From the human T2T-CHM13v2.0 reference genome, Homo sapiens, in assembly GCF_009914755.1 (NCBI RefSeq), contig NC_060942.1: a stretch of DNA of 64,000 nucleotides; one strand, written 5' to 3'. The translations under genes and the position numbers were made by a program. The notes under the pieces were generated by a model, which saw nothing but the letters and a program-made list of their open reading frames with translations, was not told the origin of the DNA and made no database searches. This document shows positions 1 to 11,270 of the stretch, in pieces. The first letter of the stretch is position 1; each line of letters opens with the position of its first letter.

Positions 1-19
1 GCTCTTTTTTTATTGGTGG

Positions 20-25
20 AATAAA
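20..25 (+). other. Possible polyadenylation signal (AATAAA) of an upstream + strand transcript
   Basis: AATAAA preceded by a T-run and followed by T/GT-rich sequence (TTTCGCTGTTTGGTTTTT) in repeat-poor DNA; the hexamer alone is weak evidence. Confidence 0.25.
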
Positions 26-3000
26 GCAGTTTCGCTGTTTGGTTTTTACTACAGTGCATTCATGCTCTTAGAAATGAGACACCTCTGTGTTCACAAGGAA
101 ACATTTTGAACTTCACATGCTAGAGAGAAGATTAGATATCCCTCTTTGCTGTCTTATGAAGTATGTAAAGTATTATTTACAGTTTACTGAGTCTGAAACA
201 GTTGAATTATATTCAAATATCACTCCATGTGGTGGCACTATGGAGTCACAGACAATGATTGCTTCTCTGAGAGCAACTTCTTCTTAACTTTTGTGTTGTG
301 TTAATGGATGCGTTGCACTTGTTTTCTATCGTCAGATTTTAAGGACAGCAATTCAAAACCAAGTCCTATTATTCTGAGACAGCAGTGATGAGCTTTGCCA
401 CGGCTGCGGTTGTATGTGCTGTGTGGGGAAATGAAGTTCTTATTACTTGTTTAAATTATGTTTAGTGCTTCTGTTTTATATATCCTAGAATTATACATGC
501 CTCGTATCTGCTATATGCATAAAATACATTTGTATATGTGTAAGCTTCTTAAACATCCAGCAGAAAACTGGCTTGGATCTGAATATTCCCACGTTCTGCT
601 TTCGTCTTCAAAATGAAAAAGAGAGTTCATTGCTTATTCTGGAAATATTACAAATGAAATCTCCTCTCTTTTTTAAGAAAGTGATTTCCTTAAGACACAC
701 GATACAGAAAAAGAGCTCTTCTCCCTAATACTGGATTATTTTTCAATGGTTAATGGAACTGAAAACAACGGAAAGCAAGCTGGTGGGAAGAGAGCAGAGG
801 GCGGTGCGATGTCAATACAGTAATATTTTAGGAAAACAACTGCAGAGATAGCTTTAGTTTTACAATGTGAAAGCTTATTGCATGATCACTTAAAAATTTT
901 AGCTGTCTTTACAATTGTTATTGTGCTGTTGCTGCTTTTGATGTTATTTTAAAGCACAAAAGGAGGAAAACTGGCTGTAGACATATTCGTGCATATTGGC
1001 AAGGGCAGAATTCAAATGAGTATCTCAGGAAACATGGTCTTAAATTTATTTGCTGGCTTTTCTTAAGGTTGGGAAGGTAACAAAGATAGTGATTTAAAAT
1101 AATATTGTCTTAATTTAGCAGTTATGTGAATGGGTCACAGATGTTCTAAGAGAAAATTAACATTGTTTTGTTAAAACAGAAAGGCTTAAGTCTATGCAGA
1201 ATGTGGCGGTGGTTGGAATAATTATTTTGTTAATCAGGTAGTGGTTTATACCGAGGCATAGCAGGGCTCTCTGTAGATGCGGTGTTTCGGGGAGCTGGGC
1301 TGGGAGGCCGAAGGCTAAGGAAGGCAGAGATCCCTGGCTTCCAAGCTGCTCCACCATTGCCTGGGTGGAGATGGGAACCTGAGTCCTGGGACAAAAGAAC
1401 CGAGAGATGCTGTGCTTCCTTCCTGCTTCAGGCCGGCCTGGGAGCCAGCACTGGTTTTTGTTAGGAATTGCATTTCCGAATAATCATTCTCTGTTCATCT
1501 TCATGCCCCCCGATTGCAAGGCTGCTGTTCTGTGTCTGAGACCCCAAGTAGAGCGATCCTGCCAGCAGTAGGTGTCACTGCAGTCAGTAAGAATTATTTC
1601 AGAGAGTTGCTAAAGAACGGGAAATGATTTCTAAAGTCCAAAAGAAAGAATTATCATAAAATGCTGGCAAGGTAGAATGGGAATAGTTTTATAGCTTGTT
1701 GTCTTGAATATTGAGTTATTACAGTTTTAATGATTGACGGAAATAAAACCGCCATTGAAATCCTTTTCGATTTCTTGAAGCCTGATAGGGACAAACAGTG
1801 TTTTCTGTCTACATCCTAGAAAGCAGACAGACAACAGCTCCCCTGCAAGATCAAACATTTTTTACCTGTTCTCTTCTTCCTGGGAGTGTCCAATCTAGTA
1901 TGCCAAATGAGTTTATCACTTATCAAAACATATTTATGATCCAAGTACTGCAGAACTGTTTAGGGCTTTGGGTAAGACATTTTCCATGCACCTTCAAGAG
2001 CCCATTCCATAGTCACTTTATTATATATACATATGCATAAAAAGTTTTCAGAGAGGGAAAAAAATCTCTTCTAAAAGGTGGTATGCCACTAGGTGTTTAC
2101 TTTTAAGGCTACTTCATGAATATTTGCAAGAATTTTTTTAATACTGCCTGCACACAAAATGCTATAGAAGATCAAAGTCATTTTTCATGTCAATTTTATT
2201 GTTGCCATATGGGGTTAGTAAAGAATGCTAAAAGTGCACTTTTATCTTTCACGTTAGACTCCTAGGTAAAGACAACAATGACACAGTCTAACAGTCATTT
2301 CGATTTTGCTTCATATAAATAGATATTTTGCCCATAGGCTATCAATGTCTTCTTGCTTTATATTTCTTAATGCTTGAAGGATAAAGATTTTATAATTCAG
2401 CTCTTTTAATTTACACAGCTTAATTTTGTTCCTATTTGTCATTTGCTTCGATTAAAAAAAGTGTACAGTTAAGGCATCAGATCTCTTCTAGTGATGTTAT
2501 CAGGACTTGATTTTTTAAGTAATCTGTGCAAGATGAACTAGGTTTTGTCAGAAGTTGCTTTGCCTTGGATATATGTACAGTTTATTCAAAAATGTTTTAA
2601 AAGAATGTATTTTGTCCTCAGACAGGCAGGTAAGTCTCTGAAATAAGCTGTTCTTCCCCGTAAATGAAATCTCTTAATTCTGTTGTGTTTTCCACCCCAT
2701 CAAAAACAGTTGGAGAAGGTCTGACCCCCTATCTGACCTTCGGAGTGGTGTAATATGGGATCGTATGACAATTCTATGGGAAAGGACAATTACCTATCAG
2801 AAAAGGCTGGCATTGCTGAATTCCAATCAAATAGCAAGCGGAGAGGAGTCTTCGTATTACCATTACTTTAAAGTTGCTGATGGAGTTACTGTTTCCTATC
2901 AACTTTTGTGTGTGCACAAGGAGCACACTGTAAAAACATACACTTGTACCTCAAATATATTTGAATAAATCAATAACCAAGAAATAATTACATAAAATTA

Positions 3001-6000
3001 AACATTATGCGTAAACACATAACCTCCCAGAAAGAGGTAACTTGTGTTTTAATCTATACTATATATTTTATGCTAAAATAAATATTTGATTTCTCTTAAC
3101 ACTTTCATTTTAATTGATATGTTTTAAAATAGAGTGCTTTCATAGATTAGGAACATAAATTTCATGTTTAATGTAAGATGCTCTGCAACAGGAATCAAAT
3201 TTTGCGCTTGCATACGGACATTAAATCGAAGCTCACAATCCAGTGATTTCTGCAGTGGTACATTTTTATTATCACTTAAACTCTTTGCTTGGATATGCCG
3301 TCTACGCAATGGGACCTGCTGTAATCGTTTTCTTATCGGCTCACCTAGTGGGGAAGGTCTTTATTTCCCAGCTATGAAGAACGAGACATGAGGACAGTTA
3401 AACTTAGGGGAAGGATTTCATTTCCACGTGTTGATAATAATGCTATGATTAATTAGAATAGCTTAAACAGAGTAGGGATAGTTTTAAAACTGCCTTTCAG
3501 ATTATTTTCTCGTGAGTGGTTAACCCTGCAATATTTATAACCCTGGAGTCTCAATATAATCTTGTGCTTCTTGTATTTCTAGCAATTGATTTTTTTCTTT
3601 ATCATTTGTGGCAAAATAAGCTAAGCCCAATGATTTTAAGTATAGGAACATATCAAGTCAATGATGCCTATTGTCTTCATAGGCATTAGGGTCTCAGGGT
3701 CATGAAGCTTCCAGAGCCTCTGTCTCATGTTTTTTTTTTTCTCAGTTTGTGGAGAAGAGACCAGGGTTAAAGCTAGGCTACTCTTAGCATTAAAAAAAAA
3801 AAAAAGTTGTGTAACAAAATTTAAAATAAAATTTGATCTTTAAAATGCCCAGAGCATGATAAAGCTAGAAATTGTCCATGCTCTTAAAAATTCAAATAAA
3901 AAGCAAACCAACAGAACAGGCCTTTACTTTAGAAATGTCATTTTTTAATGCCTCCTGCAAAGATGACTATAATCTGTAGGAGAAAAAAACAGCCACAAAT
4001 ACGTAGTACATACTTGGAAAACTTACAGCCAACAATGTTGCCATTTTTCTATTATAAAAACGCATTTTGCATTTTAATTATTTGATATTTGATATTATTA
4101 CTTTCACAAATATTAGTTTAAATTCCACAAAGCCAATGATAGCATGGAACTTATACATTCCTGTATTAAATGTATACACACAGCCCCCAAACATACGGGA
4201 TTGGCATGATAGCAGTTCAACTATATTTCTAGTCATTGTTATGGAATTTTGGAATACAGTCCCTAACTTAGAGCTGCTGCAACCAGTATGATATTAAGCT
4301 ACACTCCTGCATCTGTCAAAATGTTATTTCACTTTGTCCTTGGTCTCATGCACTAATTTTGTGAAGAAACCACAACGTATTTGACACTTTGGTATTTCCT
4401 TAGTAATGTCATGCTAAGGGTTAAAGTTGTCAACTGTTCAGATTTGGACTGAAGTGCTTCTAACACACATAATCATGTCTGTACATATGATAACCATTTT
4501 GGATGATATAAAGTTGCCGAGAAGAAGTCATGCTGTTTTTGTGTATGTGTTGGTGCACATAAAGACAGGGATGACACTTTGGCTGTTAATAAAATTTGAA
4601 ATACATACCTCGAAATAATTCCAAGATAAAAAATAATTATTATCCTAAGATAAAAATGTTAATATTTAAAATCAAATTTGAACAAAAATCAGTAATGGGG
4701 GGTAGATGTATATTTATGAACCTTTTAGGAAATATTTCATATTGACATTTTCTATGATATTATAGTCTCTATTATATTTCTATTATAATTCATTAATTTT
4801 TAGACATATGCATAAAAAATAGAATTGTTAAAAGTAATATTGGGTTAGCATAATACCCACGAAGGATTGTTTTTATTTCTATGGATCACGGCTAGAGAAC
4901 AAAGACAGAAGTGATTAACCCTAAGTGTGAAAATTGGTTATCTGTATAAATTGGCCCCAAAGGAAAATTTTCCAGATAGGTTTTCTTGTCCCTTGACATG
5001 ATCCCATCAAAATCATATTTGCCCCCTTGTCACGTTACTTTAGAAGGGTGCGCTTAGGAAAGGGAACAGGTGCCCATGTGTATTGATCAGTGGTCATGGT
5101 AAAAGGCTCTTATTAGATGTTGAAGGGTACCAGGAAGGCGTGAGAAATGGAGGCGAGAGGGCAGGACAGGTTATTGATGATGGTAATAACCGAGCGCAAG
5201 GGGCTCCGACACCGCAGCCGTAAAGTTGGCCAGATGAGCACATCAGTGTAGATACGTTGAGGGGAAGAGACAACATGAAGAAGTATGGAGCGCAGCTTCC
5301 TACCTGGCAGAGTTATTAAAGTTCATTGAAGGAAGATGAACTGTTTCAATATGTTAAACACTGGAGGCTGTTCAGAGAGAGTTGCTGTCACAAGAAGCGC
5401 CATTGTTTGGGGAGCTTTTGTGTTTTTTTTTTTCTTTCTTTCTCCTTTTGGAAATTTGAGTTTGTTTTCACACCAGCACAACCTCTGTATCTTAGCTGTC
5501 AGCACAAGCTTTGGAAAAGCAAATAAACAAAGCCTGTCTGCAGGAACTTGGTAAGCCTCTAATTTCTAAAAGTTGCCGCTCAACTTGTGAGTCAACAAGA
5601 ACATCAGGTTAACGCTGCTGTATATTTTTAAATGTTAATTTACTCATTCGGCGCTATGATGTCTTCCTCAGCCAGCTTCACTGAGCACACACCACTGCCA
5701 GATCATTGGATTCACACATGCTGAGGCTTCAGTGGCTCAATGTGGGTTGAAGATGCAGTGGTGGAAATACATTTAACCAACATAATTTGGAGGCAGAATA
5801 TGCCATTTTAAATTACCCTAAAGTAATTAATTTTGAAGCCACAAAAAATTAGGAAAAATAATTCTATATTTTTGCTGGAATGCAGAGATCTCTAAAGTAA
5901 GAGACAGGCAATTCTCAATATACATTTTGCTTCAGGGTTAAACTTGCTTCCTCTAAGGAAAGGTCACAGCAGGATCCAATGTTTCTAATCCTACTACAGT

Positions 6001-7991
6001 GTAATGACATTTATGGGATGTTTGCAAATGTGTACCAAGCTGCCCTGTTCAGAGCGGTATTTTATTGTAGCACCTCGATTAGCCCTGCCTGCTACCCTTG
6101 GCATCCGTGTGAAGTCCCATCTAGGCACGAGGAAGAGAACAAGAGTGGCAGCATGTTGGGGGTACTCACCGGGACTGGAGCAGATGCCACTGGACCCTTC
6201 CAGGAATTCTTCAGTTCTGTTCAGTTCTGGTTCCCACCGTGTGATGAAAAGCAACTCAACAAACCTATTCACCTTTGTAGGTTTCCAGAATAAAAAGTTG
6301 TCTTATGAGAAACTTGGTTAGTTCCATGGTTTTTACTCATTTAAAAACTATGACATTTCCACAGTTACATATAACTGTATATATAACGTAAGTCCCATAT
6401 TCTTGCATAAACTTTGGCGTTTTATATACTATTCCTTCCTCCAAATGGACTGTCAGATCGATCCTGCCGTCATCTCCCTTGAATGTGTATTTGTGGAGTT
6501 ATGTGCTGTGTTTTTTCACACATACGTGTGTTTTGGCCAAGTTGGACAAAGGGTCATTCTAATTTGCAATCGTACTTGGTGGTTTTGTTCTTTCCGCTTT
6601 TTCTTAAAAGAGTATCTGATATTTGAAACATAAGATGAAAATACTAAAACCGTTTTGTAGAACATTGCTGGCCAGTTTAGACTCAAGATTCCTTAATTCC
6701 ATTCAATCACTGAGAACAGGTCTAAGGAGCCTATTCTATGCTGGCCACAACCCCATATAAATAAACCAATTTAACACCGTTTTCTGTCCTAAAAAAAATA
6801 AAACGTGTCCCTGCTCAGTGAAGCCAAGAGCAGAAACTCTATTTAAAACAGGTTTATTGTCGGCATTTCTTCCCTGAAGTATAGACGCGGCCTACGAAGG
6901 GGCCCCACACAGCAGCACCGAATTGTTTAATTAAGGCCCCAGCCAGGGGGACCAGGTGGATGAATCATCAACATTAAGCAGGTGGCAATTACCAGATGGC
7001 GAGGCGGGGGCGGCACACACAGACGGGTGGGGTGTGAGGCCCTGCGTGCGGCCAGGACAGGAGCGCAACTCTAGGCACCCCGCAAAACTGACTCCTTCAA
7101 GGAAGAAGTATTCGGAGGGTGGAATTCTTTTAAGTCTCTCAACAGGGAAAGCAATCCAATGATGACACGAAGCAGTGGTTTTGTTTGATGAAAGTATTCC
7201 TATCACAAATTACCCTTTTTACAGTGGGAGAACAGCGATGACTTGGCGAACTCGGCTACTCTCTAATTTGTTTCCTGTGTGAGTCTATCTCCCTCTCGAG
7301 GTGGGGACCCCTCCACGCTCGGTACCGGGGCAACGCCTGCAGAAAAGGGATGCTCATCTGGCGGGAGGGGGACACCGGCTGCAGGCCAGGCCTCCCACCA
7401 CTCTCTACCCCTAACCTGCCTTGTTCATCAGAGCGCTGGGCACAGCCAGGCGCATGTCAGTGCCTGGTTTGTGTACCCGTTCACAGTCTATCTCCCCTCA
7501 CCAGCCGGGAAGCCCCACATTGAAGCTTCTGTAAATGATTTTTCAGCTAGAGACTCAGTGTCTCTAAGCCCAGCGCATGGCAGGTGCCCAGCGAACCATC
7601 ATCTCCTCTGCAAGGTAAACCAGCATGGTAGATGCAGCATCCGCCCCTCACAGATGGGAGCTTTGAAACTCAGGCAGGTGTGCTGAAGGTCACACCTCTA
7701 CTCTTTCATCTTTTGTTTTTAAAACTATCACTGTCTAATTCTGCATGCCCTACAGTAGTTCAAATCCAACTGGAGCCTGTACTTTGACCGTGCCCTGGCC
7801 TTACTGGTTTGTGTGTTGCTTTGTCCTGTAAATATTGCAATACTGCTGCTTAAACACACACGCAAGGTTAGGTGATTTTGTGCAATTTGTAATTAAAATC
7901 TTGGTTGCTCCCATAGACTGAGCACCGTTTAATAGATAGAAAGAAATACTAGAGCCATCGGATGTCCTTTCAGCTTCATTCTTTGCCCATT

Positions 7992-8036
7992 GTGCTCAGC
8001 ACTTAGGCCGGGTGCTCAGCACTTAGGCCGGGTGCT
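7992..8036. repeat. Perfect 20-bp tandem duplication (GTGCTCAGCACTTAGGCCGG x2.25)
   Basis: Identical copies at 7992-8011 and 8012-8031, followed by GTGCT. Confidence 0.95.
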
Positions 8037-8268
8037 GCCCATGCTTTGTTCTTGGCCGAGTTGAATCCAAAATCTGCAAGAAGGTAATTTAAGAAACTTA
8101 AGATAGTCTTGCAAGAATTTTACAATCGTAGAGCAATTCCTTTTTTTCTCTCTAAATGTGACTTTTAAAAATTTTCTCAGGAACAGACTGACCTTCTACC
8201 ATGATTTTCAAAAATATAATATTTTAGATATAAAAAAACCTAAATGACTCTAACACACCTACTTTCAG

Positions 8269-8393
8269 TTGGAAGCACATATCACCAGTCTTCGTTCACA
8301 CACACGCAGGAGCACACAGGCACACACACTTGGAAGCACATAGTCCCAGTCTCCGTTCACACACACGCAGGAGCACACAGGCACACACACTTG
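8269..8393. repeat. 61-bp tandem duplication (2 copies)
   Basis: TTGGAAGCACATA...GTTCACACACACGCAGGAGCACACAGGCACACACAC starts at 8269 and 8330 with few mismatches. Confidence 0.95.
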
Positions 8394-9994
8394 CTTTTAG
8401 ACATGCTGCTTTCCACACATCTCCAGCGTGCGTTGCGTGTTTCCTAAGAATCTCACCGTTGTTAACATTGCCTGCCTTAGTAGGTACTGAGGTCTCACCA
8501 AAGCCATCACTCATTGCTGTATTCTTCCCATGAACGTTACCTGCCATTCTGGAGTGATAAACACTATACACCCAATTAAATACTATGCTGCTCATACAGA
8601 GGACTGGCTTTTGAAAGTATCAAAGCTGCAAAGCTAACAGAAATTTGCCAGAGCCTGTGAGGCAGTGGGAGGCGGGCAGATTCGTGGGGCCTGGAAGTGT
8701 GGAAGTGTCTGGGGCCAGGGGCCTGACCACATGGCACCTTCTTTAGAGATTTTTAACCAATCCATCCTTGCTAGGGAACTCCAAAATGTTGTGCCTTTTT
8801 TTGTTTGTTTGCTTTGGTTTGGGTTTTTATTTTTTGTAAACTGAACCCCCAGTGGGACACCAATCCTGGGCAGCCCTCATTGTTGAGAAACAGAACCAAT
8901 GAGTGAGAACTCGGCCCCTCGCAGACATTCACAAACATCTGTCTTTCAACCCTGAAGAAATGTGTGGGTCTAAGCTACCTTGTGTGGAGATAGGTCTTTT
9001 TACAGTTTTGCCTCCTCTTGTACATGACATCATGTCTCATTTCAGTAGTTGTAACACCTCTACTAAATGCAAGAAGATAAATACGATCCCTCTGATTAAA
9101 CAACCAAGAATACCAGGTTTTCTATGGCATTTATTTTCTGTACTTGCTGCAAAAGGGAAACGTGACTTCTGATTCCAGACTTCACATACACCCAAGGTGG
9201 AAGTGGTCCTTCAGAGGAAAGGAGGGTGGGAGGGCCATAAGACATTTAAAGTAAAAAACACTCAGAAACTAAACCCTAATGTTGACATGGGTTCAAAAAC
9301 GGACCACCCTCAAGAAGGAATCAGCTCCACAGGCATTTGGCATCCGAGTGTAAGGGATCCCGGAGGACTCTGCCTCGTTGAGGAGTCTGTCCTGCTCCAC
9401 CCTGTGCCCTGATGGCTCTGCCTGGGGCTAGCACCCTGTGAGAGGGCACCTTACCACGCAAACAGATGGTGCACCAGTGGACCTGGAGCTGGCTCCCAAG
9501 TGTTTCTTGAAGGCAACTTCCCAGCTAGAGACGGTCTTGTTTATTTGAATGGAACTGTGCTTACAGACTACATGGAATATTTGCCCACGTGCTCTATGAA
9601 TGTTCATTTCATGTTTTTAATCAGCTGCTTGGAATGAAGATTGGACCAAGCACAGTAGAGGTGATGCTCAAAGAGTGGAAACAAGGTTCTCCGAGGCCCA
9701 CCATGGCACTGGCCCCGCCCGCCGTCCCACAGGAGGCTTAGTGGGAAGGCCCTTGGCCTTGGCTGCCTGCCCTTCCCCAGCTGGGGTCTCTCTCAGCACT
9801 TCGGCTTCTCTTGTTTCAGCCTTCATGCTCCTGCTGGGCTGAAATGCCCAGGGAGGGGCCTCACACGCCTCTCAGCTGTGACTCCCTTTCCTTTGTCTCC
9901 CCAGCTGTGATCCTGGAAGGAAAACACTCACCTTAGAGACCAGCACCTGCTCTGTGCCCTGCTCTCTTGCAGGTAAATCAACTATGCCCCTCCC

Positions 9995-10016
9995 ATCAGA
10001 ATCAGAATCAGAATCA
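9995..10016. repeat. (ATCAGA)n short microsatellite
   Basis: ATCAGA x3 plus ATCA. Confidence 0.85.
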
Positions 10017-10064
10017 TCTTTTCTATTGACAGACTGGCCCTTTCATTTTAGTTTCCCCCTTTAG

Positions 10065-10382
<318 letters not shown>

Positions 10383-11214
10383 TAAGGTTAGACACAGGAG
10401 GAGAAAGATGGGATATATGGCATACACTTCAGGGAAATATTAGGATTGATGATATCCAGGATGATGAAATTTTTTGCTTTGTTTTAGGGATTTTGAAACA
10501 TATTAAGAAATTGGAAGTAACTGAGTTCAGCGTGCCACAGAGCTTGATGATGTGCACATCCTTGGGCATTGATTTTGTGCCTTTGCCACGTACACAGGTA
10601 AGAGTCAAAAACAAGAAAAGATATGATCGCTGCCCTGAATGATTCTGCAAGTTGCATTTGCTGCAGGAAGAAGGCATTTCTCCATCACACGTGGTTGGAA
10701 TGTTCGGTATTTATGGTTTTGCTACTGTTTTCCCATCTCTTTCTTTCCTGTGTAAAATACCGACTTCCTGAGACCGAGTCGCTGCCTTTTAAAGCCAGTT
10801 CTTTCAGGTGCCCACAACAGCTCAGGCCTGGAAACACAAGCGTCTCACCAGCCGCCTCCACCTTCCGTGGCCTCCCTCACCCCGCCCTCCACACCCCACA
10901 CTTTCCTCTTCTGAGAAAGTGGGAGAGGCACTGCGCCCACCAAGAGGAGTCCACTTGAGTCCACGAGTGGTCATGCCCTGGCTGAAGGCCCTGGGGTTCT
11001 TCACCTCCGGAACCTCAAAGGTGCAGTCTCTGAGGTGGGAGAGGGCTGCAGGCCTGTCCTGTCGTTTGTCGAGTGGATGAAGAGATGCCCCCGGAAGTGA
11101 TCTGTAAGTTACAATTGAAAGGTAAGCAGAGACAAATGTGCATTATCCCTCCAGATCCTTTCTAGGATGGAAACACAGGCTCTTACTTTCTCTTTCCTTG
11201 TGTGCAACATTGAG

Positions 11215-11270
11215 TCATTTGTTTGTTCATCTTTCATTCATTCATTCAATAAGCAGGTATCACATATCAC
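11215..11270 (-). mobile_element. L2 3' end remnant
   Basis: TTCATTCATTCATTCAATAAG, typical of an L2 tail. Confidence 0.45.

Noticed and set aside
791-805. CTCF-like GAGCAGAGGGCGG (similar partial matches near 6990, 23686 and 38783)
   Set aside because: Core matches only, lacking the conserved 5' CC; cannot be supported without PWM scoring or ChIP
5050-5300. Purine-rich, coding-looking stretch (GHGKRLLLDVEGYQEG...)
   Set aside because: Short, ends in a stop, no recognisable homology, and no poly(A) or TSD of a processed pseudogene
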